Origin: a virus | Lineage: Duplodnaviria > Caudoviricetes | Virus record (IMG/VR): IMGVR_UViG_3300022173_000040 | Span: 1-41,544 of that record | Direction: 5' to 3' (one strand) | Length of the DNA: 41,544 nt | Shown here: positions 15,353-24,444 of the stretch, piece after piece | How positions within the stretch are numbered: the stretch's first letter is position 1 | How the letters are laid out: every line of letters starts with the position of its first letter | Made by a program: the position numbers and the translations under genes | The notes under the pieces: model-generated | What the model saw: the letters and a program-made list of their open reading frames with translations, nothing else | Databases searched by the model: none | What the model was told of the DNA's origin: nothing

Positions 15353-15746
15353 CGGGCAATTCGACGGCGTGCAATTGGTCCAGTGCCGAATCCTGGCGGG
15401 GGCGAGCGGCAAGGATCTTCAGTACGACCTGATGCAGTTGGACGCGAGTTGCCGACCAGCGACGCACGCCGAGGCGGCGCACGAGGTCGCAAGGCTGATG
15501 GTCCGCACTAAGTCCCGCGTGCAAGGCGACGGCGAGGCGAGGCTGATGGCCGAAACGATGGTCGAGGACTTGCGCGGATATCCCGCCGACGTGGTGAAGT
15601 TCGCCTGCGAGTATTGGGTCGAGGGTGGACGCGAGGCCAAATTCACGCCGTCATGGCCGGAACTCAAAGACATCTGCGAGAAGCGCATGGAAGGCCGACT
15701 GAGGCTGAAGCGCGCGATCTTGAATCACCTTGCGGGCCCGGCATGA
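15285..15746 (+). CDS. putative helicase loader/P-like protein (start uncertain; frame open from 15036)
   Basis: Follows the initiator; DLRGYPADVV..AC..W......FTPSWPELK.IC motif; GAGGA RBS. Confidence 0.6.
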   Translation: MRSMSSSLLSHLETATTDQFGPDGQFDGVQLVQCRILAGASGKDLQYDLMQLDASCRPATHAEAAHEVARLMVRTKSRVQGDGEARLMAETMVEDLRGYPADVVKFACEYWVEGGREAKFTPSWPELKDICEKRMEGRLRLKRAILNHLAGPA

Positions 15747-15801
15747 CCCGCGTTCCTGCGCCAATTCTGGCGGCGTGGCGGCGGAATGGGGAGGTGAGTT
15801 C

Positions 15802-15822
15802 GCTCGCGCCGAAGACGCTCGC
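15802..15822 (-). repeat. GA/GA mini-hairpin repeat, copy 8 (hairpin only)
   Basis: Exact 21-nt inverse of 16296-16316. Confidence 0.8.
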
Positions 15823-15837
15823 CAATGAGGGCATGAC

Positions 15838-16059
15838 ATGAGGTGGCGCAAGGACAAGCCGGATCTCCAGAAATGGCATCGCTCATTCGCATGGTGGCCT
15901 GTGCTTCTGGATGACGAGCATTGCGTCGCGTGGCTGGAGACAGTCTGGCGCAAAGGCCAGCGGATCACGGGCGCGGGCACGCCGTTTTGGTGCTGGCAGC
16001 ATCGTGACGCCGAGCCTTCAAGTGATCTGGCCTACGAAGTGTGGAGGTACGGGACATGA
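15838..16059 (+). CDS. Trp-rich hypothetical protein
   Basis: WHRSFAWWPV...WLETVWRK motif; GAGG RBS. Confidence 0.7.
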   Translation: MRWRKDKPDLQKWHRSFAWWPVLLDDEHCVAWLETVWRKGQRITGAGTPFWCWQHRDAEPSSDLAYEVWRYGT

Positions 16060-16262
16060 GCGAACTTGAAGACAGCCTGCGCAAGATTATCCGCGAGGAA
16101 ATCGAGCGCGCAATGCCGATGGAATATCGCGGGTACCGTCCACCGCAGGTGCCGCTAGGGCCGGGGCAACTCATGCCGGGGCAGTGCTGTCACTGCGGGA
16201 ACTACCACGGGGAAGGCATGATGTGCCCGTGGCTAAGACCTATTTCCCGTTCGGCGTTCTGA
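16056..16262 (+). CDS. hypothetical protein (CxxC..H..C)
   Basis: ATGA-coupled; GGAGG RBS. Confidence 0.6.
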   Translation: MSELEDSLRKIIREEIERAMPMEYRGYRPPQVPLGPGQLMPGQCCHCGNYHGEGMMCPWLRPISRSAF

Positions 16263-16270
16263 CATGAGCA

Positions 16271-16318
16271 GGAAGGACCCCCTTGCAGGACTCCCGCGAG
16301 CGTCTTCGGCGCGAGCCA
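16271..16318 (+). repeat. GA/GA mini-hairpin repeat, copy 9
   Basis: GGAAGG-N11-GGACTCCC-GC-GA-GCGTC-TTC-GGCGC-GA-GC-CA. Confidence 0.85.
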
Positions 16319-16330
16319 GTTCATTGCTTC

Positions 16331-16371
16331 GTAAGGTGACAGCCCCGGTTCTCCGCGAGCGAAGCGAGCCA
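16331..16371 (+). repeat. GA/GA mini-hairpin repeat, copy 10
   Basis: GTAAGG-N11-GTTCTCC-GC-GA-GC-GAA-GC-GA-GC-CA. Confidence 0.85.
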
Positions 16372-16374
16372 TAA

Positions 16375-16584
16375 ATGAACGGCAACAAATGGACCGAGGA
16401 AGCCCAAGCCATGATCGAGCGCCGAGTCCCAGACGCCGAGATCGTGAAGCAGACGGGCTGCGCCCTCCGCACCGTGCAGGAGCATCGCCGCGCCCTTGGC
16501 CTGAGGGCATTCAACCAGCGTGAGGGATGGAGCCGGCGCGCGTGGCTGCTTCACGACGCCGCCGGGCTTGACTTTCAAATGTAA
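16375..16584 (+). CDS. small HTH protein
   Basis: DAEIVKQTGCALRTVQEHRRALGL HTH pattern. Confidence 0.65.
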   Translation: MNGNKWTEEAQAMIERRVPDAEIVKQTGCALRTVQEHRRALGLRAFNQREGWSRRAWLLHDAAGLDFQM

Positions 16585-16630
16585 GCTGCTGCCCTTGGAA
16601 GGCTGAGAGCCGCAACAGCGAGCATCAGCC

Positions 16631-17053
16631 TTGGCCGACAAGCCCCTCAATCCCAAGCAGACACGCTTCGTCGCTGAATACCTGATCGACCTGAACGCCA
16701 CGCAGGCGGCCATTCGTGCTGGGTACAGCGCCAAGACTGCAGAGCAGGGTGCTGCCCAGTTATTGAGAAATATTAAGGTAGCTGCAGCCGTCGCCAAAGC
16801 CATGGAGACGCGCGCCGGCACGCTGGGCATCACCGCCGAGAAGGTGCTGAAGGACATCGAGGATACGCGCAAGGCAGCCACGATCGCCGCGCAGTACGCA
16901 TCGGCCCTGCGGGCGAGCGAACTCCAAGGCAAGCATATCGGCATGTTCGTGGAGCGCCGCGAGACGACCATCAAGGACGAGCGCATGGTGGTCGAGGCGC
17001 CACAGCCCGCGAAGAACGCGGACGAGTGGGCCAACAAGCATGGCCCCCACTGA
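16631..17053 (+). CDS. terS: terminase small subunit
   Basis: LNPKQTRFVAEYLIDLNATQAAIRAGYSAKTA signature. Confidence 0.95.
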   Translation: MADKPLNPKQTRFVAEYLIDLNATQAAIRAGYSAKTAEQGAAQLLRNIKVAAAVAKAMETRAGTLGITAEKVLKDIEDTRKAATIAAQYASALRASELQGKHIGMFVERRETTIKDERMVVEAPQPAKNADEWANKHGPH

Positions 17054-18510
17054 TGCCTGACGGTACAGACCATTCCGTCATCTGGGCGCCCTCCAAAGGC
17101 CCGCAGACCGCGTTCGTGACGTGCCCGGTGTTCGAGATCCTGTACGGCGGCGCACGCGGCGGGGGAAAGACCGACGCGGTTCTGGGCGAGTTCGTCATCC
17201 ATGCCGACCAATACGGCGAGCATGCCATTGGCCTGATGGTCCGCCGCACGCGGACGGAGCTGGTCGAGACGATCGAGCGCAGCCGGGAGATTTACGAGCC
17301 GCTGGGCGCCAAGCTCACCGACAACATGTGGCGCTTTCCCAATGGGGCACGCCTGCGGTTCGCCTACCTTGAGCGCGACCAGGACGCCAACGCCTACCAG
17401 GGCCACAGCTACACGCGGGTCTACGTCGAGGAAATTGGCAACTTCCCCAGCGACAAGCCCATCCTCAAGCTGATGGCGACGCTGCGTAGCGGCCATGGCG
17501 TGCCCTGTGGCTTCCGCGCAACAGGCAACCCCGGCGGCCCCGGCCATCAGTGGGTGAAGGCGCGCTATATCGACCCCGCCCCCATGGGCTGGAAGGTGCT
17601 GAACTTCACATTCGGCGGCATTGGCAGGGATCGCGTCTACATTCCGTCACGGGTCGAGGACAACCCCTACCTGGGCGCAGAGTACGTCGCCAACCTGCAC
17701 ATGAGCGGCGGCACCGAGCTAGTGCGGGCGTGGCTGGAGGGTGATTGGAATGTCATTGCAGGCGCATTCTTCCCTGAGTTTGGCCCGCAGCACATCATTC
17801 GCCCCCGTGAGTTGCCTGAGATGTGGCCGCGCTTTCGGAGTGCCGATTGGGGCTCGGCCCGCCCTTTTAGCGTCGGCTGGTGGGCGATCTCTGATGGTTC
17901 GGTGCCCGAGCTGCCCAGAGGAGCACTTGTTCGCTATCGCGAGTGGTACGGCTGGAACGGCACCCCCAACGAAGGGCTGAAGCTCACCGCCGAGGAAGTC
18001 GGCCAAGGCATTGCCGAGCGTGAGGACGGTGAGACCGTCCAGAACGGCCACAGCGTCCTCGACCCGGCCGCCTTCAGCAACGACGGCGGGCCGTCCATCG
18101 CAGAGCGCATGTACCTGGGCTCCGGCAAGCGCGTCCAGTTCCGCCACGCCGACAACAAGCGCACCGCGCGCATGGGCGCCTTGGGCGGTTGGGATCAGGT
18201 CCGCGCCCGCCTGAAGGGCGATGGCGAGCGGCCGATGATCTATTTCTTCGAGACCTGCACGCACATCATCCGCACGCTGCCGGCGCTCCAGCATGACGAG
18301 CTGAAGCCCGAGGACGTGGACACCGAGGCCGAGGATCACGCGCCCGACGAGTGCCGCTACGCCTGCATGAGCCGCCCGTATCTGCCCAAGAACCAGCCCA
18401 AGGCCGACCCGGTGTTTCCGGGCATCGCCATCGGCCAGCCGAGCGGGAAGGGCGCACCGACCATGGAGACTCTATGGGCTGACCACGCCCGGGAGCTTAA
18501 CCGTGGCTAG
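17053..18510 (+). CDS. terL: terminase large subunit
   Basis: Walker A YGGARGGGKT; Walker B VYVEE; ATGNPGG; nuclease DWG and DH..DE.RY. Confidence 0.95.
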   Translation: MPDGTDHSVIWAPSKGPQTAFVTCPVFEILYGGARGGGKTDAVLGEFVIHADQYGEHAIGLMVRRTRTELVETIERSREIYEPLGAKLTDNMWRFPNGARLRFAYLERDQDANAYQGHSYTRVYVEEIGNFPSDKPILKLMATLRSGHGVPCGFRATGNPGGPGHQWVKARYIDPAPMGWKVLNFTFGGIGRDRVYIPSRVEDNPYLGAEYVANLHMSGGTELVRAWLEGDWNVIAGAFFPEFGPQHIIRPRELPEMWPRFRSADWGSARPFSVGWWAISDGSVPELPRGALVRYREWYGWNGTPNEGLKLTAEEVGQGIAEREDGETVQNGHSVLDPAAFSNDGGPSIAERMYLGSGKRVQFRHADNKRTARMGALGGWDQVRARLKGDGERPMIYFFETCTHIIRTLPALQHDELKPEDVDTEAEDHAPDECRYACMSRPYLPKNQPKADPVFPGIAIGQPSGKGAPTMETLWADHARELNRG

Positions 18511-18511
18511 C

Positions 18512-19003
18512 TCAATCAGGGAGATGCGCCCATTTCTGCCGAGCCTTGATGGCGTAGACGGTGCTGCTGGAAATGCCGAGCGCGTGGGCAATCTCCGTGC
18601 CCATCCTTGTGTCCGCGCGAATGGCTCGGACTTGATCCTCAGTCAGTTTAGCGGACCAATGCCGCGTTCCTCGCCCCGTCAGCGTGCGGCCCTTTGCGCC
18701 CCTGTCGGCCATGTTGTCGTCGTGCGTCCCGAGAAACAGGTGATCGGGGTTCACGCAAGCGGGCGTATCGCAGCGATGGCAGACGTTCAGGCCGTCCGGA
18801 ATCGGCCGCCCGTTGGCATTAACCCACGCCATTCGATGAGCGAGCTGTGCGCTTCCCTGCCACATCATTACGCCGTAGCCGCGAGTGTTTTTGTACGCCG
18901 ACCACAGCGTGCACCCGTTGGAGTTAGGCGGTTCGGTTCGGAACGCCAAACGCTGCGGAAGGGGCCAGTTTTTCCGGGCCTGTATGCCCAAATATTTCGT
19001 CAT
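18512..19003 (-). CDS. free-standing HNH homing endonuclease
   Basis: CTLW...GYG...AHRMAW...VCHRCDTPACVNPDHL..GT..DN; C-terminal AKLTEDQV HTH. Confidence 0.9.
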   Translation of the reverse strand: MTKYLGIQARKNWPLPQRLAFRTEPPNSNGCTLWSAYKNTRGYGVMMWQGSAQLAHRMAWVNANGRPIPDGLNVCHRCDTPACVNPDHLFLGTHDDNMADRGAKGRTLTGRGTRHWSAKLTEDQVRAIRADTRMGTEIAHALGISSSTVYAIKARQKWAHLPD

Positions 19004-19044
19004 GGCGCCACCCTACCATCAACCACTTGGAAGGACAACGCCAA

Positions 19045-21270
19045 ATGGCGCTAGACGACAACACCGTCACCGACCAGCAGGAAGACGAGCCCAAGGCGGA
19101 GAAGACGCCCGAGGAAATCGCCCGCTATTGGCTGAGCAACATCCAGTCCGCCGAGAAGAAGCGCAAGGCGTTCATCACGCGCGGCCGGCAGATCATCAAG
19201 CGGTTCCGCAACAAGCGCACGCTGACCACGCTGGGCGTCCCCCTGGCGAACCGGCGCATGAACGTCCTGTGGTCCAACGTGCAGACGCAGAAGCCCGTGC
19301 TTTACAGCATGACGCCCAAGGCCAATGTATCGCGCCGCAACAAGACCAAGGACCCGGTGGGCCGCACCGCGTCGATGGTGCTGCAGAACTGCCTCCAGAA
19401 CAGCCTCGGCATGGAGGATTTCGACCATGTGATGACGCAGGTGGTCGAGGACCGGCTGCTCCCCGGCTCAGGCACCGCCATTGTCGAGTATGTGCCCACC
19501 GTCGCGGAGGACAAGGTGGGCTGGCAGGCGGCGGAGACCCGCTACATCCACTGGGAAGACATCATCACCAACACGGCACGGATCTGGCAGGAAAACTGGT
19601 TCTGGGGTTATCGCGTCTTCCTGACCAAGAAGCAGTGCTACGACGTGGCGCTGGCGAACAGCGACGGTGACGAGGCTTTCGCGCAGGACGTTTGGGACAA
19701 CATCACCCTTGACCACAAGGAAGGCGGCGACAACAAGGGCCTTCAGGACGACATGGGGCCTGCCAAGGCCGTCGTCTGGGTGATCTGGGACCAGACCGAG
19801 AAGCAGGTGATCCAGATGGCGACGGGCTACGCCAAGGCCCCGCTTGCGATCATGCCGCCGCCAGTCAACTTCGACGACTTCTGGCCGTGCCCGCGCCCGC
19901 TGCAGTCCACCACCACCAACGACAGCACGATCCCGGTCCCCGACTTCGAGCAGTACGTGGATCAGGCCGACGAGATCGACCTTCTGACACAGCGCATCGG
20001 CACGCTCAGCCGTTCGCTCAAGATGCGGGGCGTCTACGCGGGCGACATCGACGCGCTGAAGCAGCTCATGGACAGCGGCGACGCCGACATGATCCCCATC
20101 GAGAACATGGCGTTTCTGCTGGAGAAGGGCGGGCTGGAGAAGGCCGTCCTGTGGATGCCGATCGAGCAGATCGCGCAATGCCTGATCTGGTGCTTCGAGG
20201 CCCGCGATAAGGCCGTCGAGGTCATGTATCAGGTCACCGGCATCTCGGACATCATGCGGGGCGCGACGGAGGCCAGCGAGACGGCCACTGCCCAGCAGCT
20301 AAAAGCGCAGTTCGGCGGCGTCCGCATCCGCGAGAGCCAGAAGGACGTGCAGCGGTTCATCCGCGACCTGCTCCGCAAGAAGGCTGAGATCATCTGCGAG
20401 CATTTCAATCAGGAAGTCATCGAGGCCATGTCAGGCGTCAAGCTGCTGACACAACAGCAGAAGCAGATGATCGGCAAAGCCCAGCAGTTCATGCAGCAAT
20501 ACCAGCAGGCGGCCCAACAGGCGCAGCAGGCAGGCCAGCCCGTCCCGCCGCCGCCGTCGCTGCCCCAGCCTACCCCGGAAATGCTCGACGCCATGAACGA
20601 GCCCACATGGGAAGAGGTCATGGCCCTCCTGCGCGACGAGAAGCTGCGCGGCTTCGTCGTGGACGTGGAGACGGACAGCACCATCGAGCCCGACCAGCAG
20701 GCGCAGCAGGCGTCCGCTGCGGGCTTCGTGACGGCAGTGGCTGAGTTTATGACCGCTGCCCTGCCCATCATGCAGGCCGAGCCTGACGCCGTGGACTTCC
20801 TTGGCGAGTTGATGGCGTGGACAACGCGCCAGTGGAAGGCGGCCGACACCATCGAGAGCGCGGTGGATGAGTTCGTCGAGAAGATGAAGAAGAAGGCCGC
20901 CAACCCGCAGCCCCCGCCGCCCGATCCCAAGGTGCAAGCCGAGGCCATCAAGGCCGAGGCCGAGATCAAGCAGACGCAGATGGAAGGCCAGATGGCACAG
21001 GCCGACCACCAGATGAACATGCAGGAGCGGCAGGCCGAGTTCCAGATGCGGATGGAGGAGCTAAGGGCCGAGTTCGCCATGTTCCAGCAGGAACACGCGC
21101 TCAACATGGAGACCAAGCAGGCGGACGCCGCACTCCGGCGCGAGGAACTGCAGCATGGGCAGGAGGCGGCCGAGCATGGCCACGGCCTCAAGATGGAAGC
21201 CATGGACGCGCAGCAGAAGGCGAAACTGGCCGCAGCCAAGGCCAAACCGAAAGAGGGCGCCAATGCGTAG
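19045..21270 (+). CDS. portal protein (podovirus/P22-like, long coiled-coil C-terminus)
   Basis: Position after terL; about 740 aa; YQVTGISDIMRG....ETATAQ motif; Q/E-rich barrel. Confidence 0.85.
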   Translation: MALDDNTVTDQQEDEPKAEKTPEEIARYWLSNIQSAEKKRKAFITRGRQIIKRFRNKRTLTTLGVPLANRRMNVLWSNVQTQKPVLYSMTPKANVSRRNKTKDPVGRTASMVLQNCLQNSLGMEDFDHVMTQVVEDRLLPGSGTAIVEYVPTVAEDKVGWQAAETRYIHWEDIITNTARIWQENWFWGYRVFLTKKQCYDVALANSDGDEAFAQDVWDNITLDHKEGGDNKGLQDDMGPAKAVVWVIWDQTEKQVIQMATGYAKAPLAIMPPPVNFDDFWPCPRPLQSTTTNDSTIPVPDFEQYVDQADEIDLLTQRIGTLSRSLKMRGVYAGDIDALKQLMDSGDADMIPIENMAFLLEKGGLEKAVLWMPIEQIAQCLIWCFEARDKAVEVMYQVTGISDIMRGATEASETATAQQLKAQFGGVRIRESQKDVQRFIRDLLRKKAEIICEHFNQEVIEAMSGVKLLTQQQKQMIGKAQQFMQQYQQAAQQAQQAGQPVPPPPSLPQPTPEMLDAMNEPTWEEVMALLRDEKLRGFVVDVETDSTIEPDQQAQQASAAGFVTAVAEFMTAALPIMQAEPDAVDFLGELMAWTTRQWKAADTIESAVDEFVEKMKKKAANPQPPPPDPKVQAEAIKAEAEIKQTQMEGQMAQADHQMNMQERQAEFQMRMEELRAEFAMFQQEHALNMETKQADAALRREELQHGQEAAEHGHGLKMEAMDAQQKAKLAAAKAKPKEGANA

Positions 21271-21619
21271 ACGGTTCCGCTACGACGCCGACCTGGAGGC
21301 CGTTGTCGAGATTCGCGACAACTATTTCGAGGAGCGCCCAGAAGGCCCCGCCGTCATCTCCGACGACGTAGGCGCGGGCGTGAACGGCCTCAAGCACATG
21401 CCCAGCGGCATGATGCTGGACAGCAAGAGCCGCCACCGTGCCGAGAACAGGGCGCGTGGGCTCGTCGAGGTCGGCAGCGAGACCAACTTTGCCAGCAAGA
21501 AGCCGCAGCATACCGGCGCCGAGTACGGCCAGATGGTCAAGGACGCTTCAGATCAGATCGCGGGGAATCACAACGGGACGGCGGACTGGCTGGCTCGTCA
21601 GCGGGAGCAGCGGCGTTGA
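21263..21619 (+). CDS. hypothetical virion-module protein
   Basis: GAGG RBS; lies between portal and scaffold genes. Confidence 0.65.
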   Translation: MRRRFRYDADLEAVVEIRDNYFEERPEGPAVISDDVGAGVNGLKHMPSGMMLDSKSRHRAENRARGLVEVGSETNFASKKPQHTGAEYGQMVKDASDQIAGNHNGTADWLARQREQRR

Positions 21620-21794
21620 GCGCCGCTGAGTTTTTCCAGAACGACCACGGCGCGATCTTGATCGTCTCACCGCGCGCGAACGTCTCGCGGATGGCCTTCG
21701 CCAGCCCATCAAGGCTCGTCATTTCCTCAAGCCGCCGGGCGTGTTCTTCGCGTGTTTCCATTCGCAATCATAGCCGGAAATCAGGAGCCTGACC

Positions 21795-22856
21795 ATGGCA
21801 ACAGAGACCGACAATCTGCTGGACGACGTGAGGGCTGCGGCCGTCGAACTGGAGACGGGCGAAAAGCCTGTTGTGGAGACGCCCGCGATCGAGGCCCCCG
21901 AGGAAAGCCCCGCCGAGCGCACGGAACGCGAGCGCGACGAGGCGGGCCGCTTCAAGGCCAAGTCCGAGGACGACAAGCCGCGCGAGACGCTGAAGCTCAA
22001 GGACAAGCCTGCCGAGACGCCTGCGGTCGCCGCCGCTCCGGTCGAGACGCCGCCGGCCAAGGACGCGCCCAAGCCCCTCGAAGGTCTGGAGATCCCGCCC
22101 GTCAACTGGAAGGGCTCGGCCAAGATCAGCTGGGGCAAGCTGCCGGCGCCCGTCCGCCAGGAGCTTGTGGAGCAGCACGCCCGCGTCGCCCAAGCCGAGG
22201 CCGAGGTTGCGCCGTTCCGCGAACTGATCGACTCCCACAAGCAACTGCTTATCAACGAGGCCGGGACCACGCAGGCCGGCATGCAGGCGCTGTTTTCGCT
22301 TGCCCGCATGTCCGTTGACAATCCAGCAGGTTTGATCCACCATATCGCGCAGAGCCGAGGAATCGACCTTCGGGCACTCGTAGGCGGACAGCAGGGCGCA
22401 CAGCCCGGCACCCAGCCCCAGCAGCCCGACATCGAGTCGATCATCGACCAACGCGTCCAGCAGCGACTGCAGCCATTCGAGGCACAGATCGCGCAACGCG
22501 AAAACCAGCAACTTCAGTCAACGATCGAAGCGTTCCGTGCTGATCCAAAGCACCCGTATTTCGAGGACGTGAAGGTCCACATGGGCCAACTCCTCAAGGC
22601 GGGCATCGCCGCAGATATGCACGACGCCTACGACAAGGCGGTCAAGCTCAACCCAGCCATTCAGTCCCAGCTTGAAGCTCAGAGGACCGAGGAAGCCCAG
22701 CGAAAGCAAGCCGCAGAAGTCCAGAAGGCGCGCAAGGCGCTGGGGGCTTCTCTTCGCGGTTCTCCGCTTCCGGGCGCTACCAACGGAACGGGGGGCCAAG
22801 GTTCATCGGTTCTCGACGACGTGCGCGCGGCAGCGAGCGAGTTGGCGGGAGCCTAA
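21795..22856 (+). CDS. capsid scaffolding protein
   Basis: Acidic, helical; RDEAGRF motif; directly upstream of the capsid gene; AGGAG RBS. Confidence 0.75.
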   Translation: MATETDNLLDDVRAAAVELETGEKPVVETPAIEAPEESPAERTERERDEAGRFKAKSEDDKPRETLKLKDKPAETPAVAAAPVETPPAKDAPKPLEGLEIPPVNWKGSAKISWGKLPAPVRQELVEQHARVAQAEAEVAPFRELIDSHKQLLINEAGTTQAGMQALFSLARMSVDNPAGLIHHIAQSRGIDLRALVGGQQGAQPGTQPQQPDIESIIDQRVQQRLQPFEAQIAQRENQQLQSTIEAFRADPKHPYFEDVKVHMGQLLKAGIAADMHDAYDKAVKLNPAIQSQLEAQRTEEAQRKQAAEVQKARKALGASLRGSPLPGATNGTGGQGSSVLDDVRAAASELAGA

Positions 22857-22871
22857 CGCTAGGACTCTCAC

Positions 22872-23861
22872 ATGGCCGTTCCAAACAGTATCGGTGATCT
22901 CATCACCACCACGCTTCGCAACCGCACGCACAAGCTGGCGGACAACGTGACGCGCAACAACGCCATCCTCCGCGAGCTTTCCAAGCGCGGTCAGGGCCTC
23001 ATGCCCTTCGATGGCGGTCGAGTCATCGACCAGGAAATCAACTACGCCAACAACACCAACGCGACCTGGTACGCCGGGTACGAAACCGTCGCCATCAATC
23101 CGCAGGAGACCTTCTCCATGGCGGAGTTCGACATGAAGCTCCTGGCCGTGGCCGTCTCGGTCTCCGGCGAAGAGCAGCTGAAGAACAGCGGCGCCGAGCG
23201 TTCCATCAACCTCGTCGCCTCCCGCGTGCAGAACGCCGAGACCACGATGGACAACGTGGTCGCTGGCGCGATGTATTCGGACGGCACCGGCTCGGGCGGC
23301 AAGGAGATCGGCGGTCTCCGCCTTCTCGTGGCCGATACGCCCACCAACTCGGTCGGCGGCATCTCGCGCACCACGTGGCCGTTCTGGGCCAACATCGCCG
23401 GCACTGGCACCTTCACGGCGGCCGGCATCCAGGAAGACATGAACTCCATGTGGGTGCAGCTGGTTCGCGGCAACGATCGCCCGCGCATCATCCTGTGCGA
23501 CAACGTGGCGTACACGGCGTACCAGGGCTCGCTGCAGCTTATCCAGCGCGTGACCGATCCCGACTATGCGTCGGCCGGCTTCACTTCGCTGGCGTACATG
23601 GGCAACACCCCGGTCGTCCTTGACGGCGGCTATCAGGGTTCGACGGCTCCGCCGCCGGGTCCGGCTGCTGGCGGCGCGGCCGCTTCGCACATGTACTTCC
23701 TCAACACCAACTACCTCCATTTCCGGCCCCACAAGGACCGCAACATGGTGGTGATGGACCCCGACCGTTACTCGACCAACCAGGATGCCGTCATCAAGCT
23801 CATCGGCTGGGCCGGCAACATGACGATTTCCAACGGCTTTCTACAGGGTGTTTTGAAGTAG
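22872..23861 (+). CDS. major capsid protein
   Basis: 329 aa; TTTL.NR...LADNV..NN.IL and YSDGTG..GK.I.GL motifs; strongly biased codons. Confidence 0.85.
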   Translation: MAVPNSIGDLITTTLRNRTHKLADNVTRNNAILRELSKRGQGLMPFDGGRVIDQEINYANNTNATWYAGYETVAINPQETFSMAEFDMKLLAVAVSVSGEEQLKNSGAERSINLVASRVQNAETTMDNVVAGAMYSDGTGSGGKEIGGLRLLVADTPTNSVGGISRTTWPFWANIAGTGTFTAAGIQEDMNSMWVQLVRGNDRPRIILCDNVAYTAYQGSLQLIQRVTDPDYASAGFTSLAYMGNTPVVLDGGYQGSTAPPPGPAAGGAAASHMYFLNTNYLHFRPHKDRNMVVMDPDRYSTNQDAVIKLIGWAGNMTISNGFLQGVLK

Positions 23862-23919
23862 AGATTGTTGAGTGATTTCAATCACTTAGCACTCACTTCA
23901 TACGAAAGGATCAAACATC

Positions 23920-24441
23920 ATGGCAAGTCTCTGGGTCTCTGTCACCGACACGCTGGGCTATCCGCAGCCCGGCATCGTCTACACCACCAACATGGGTCTC
24001 CCCATCGGCACCACGGCGAAGTTCCGCGACATCGGAACGACGTACCTGGGCGAGGGCGACTTCATCTGGTTGCCGGGCGCGGCTTCGACCGTCATCGGCA
24101 ACTGGGTCACCTACAGCACCTCGGATGGCACGGCCAACACTGGCGCCACCACGCGCTGGGCTGGCACGGCGAACCTGCCGTATCCGCTCGCCGTTGCCAC
24201 CTGCTCCTCGGTCGCCTCGACCTGGGCGTGGTATCAGCGGGCCGGCGCCGCCATCTGCTCGATCAGCGGCACCATCGCTGCGGGCAACGGCGCTGCATGG
24301 CAGGCCACTGCGGTCGTTCAGGCCGCGGCGGTCGCCACGAAGAACGTCGAGGGCGCCATCGCCCTCTCGGCCGATGCAGTACCGGGCGCGGCGCAGGCGA
24401 TCTACCTGCTGTCGTATCCCTGCTCGCAGACGGCGGTCTAA
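23920..24441 (+). CDS. putative capsid decoration/cement protein
   Basis: Follows the capsid gene; LGEG.FI.L.G...W.WYQ..G motif; beta-rich. Confidence 0.6.
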   Translation: MASLWVSVTDTLGYPQPGIVYTTNMGLPIGTTAKFRDIGTTYLGEGDFIWLPGAASTVIGNWVTYSTSDGTANTGATTRWAGTANLPYPLAVATCSSVASTWAWYQRAGAAICSISGTIAAGNGAAWQATAVVQAAAVATKNVEGAIALSADAVPGAAQAIYLLSYPCSQTAV

Positions 24442-24444
24442 GTC

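Noticed and set aside
3323-16371. Hairpin repeats as a CRISPR array or Rho-independent terminators
   Set aside because: Dispersed, in both orientations, variable in sequence, no regular spacers, no cas genes and no U-tracts
16599-16632. AAGGCTGA/TCAGCCTT hairpin overlapping the terS TTG start
   Set aside because: A single 8-bp stem is too weak to call regulatory without comparative data
18503-19054. Plus-strand 183-aa ORF between terL and portal
   Set aside because: Shadow of the minus-strand HNH gene, which has clear motifs
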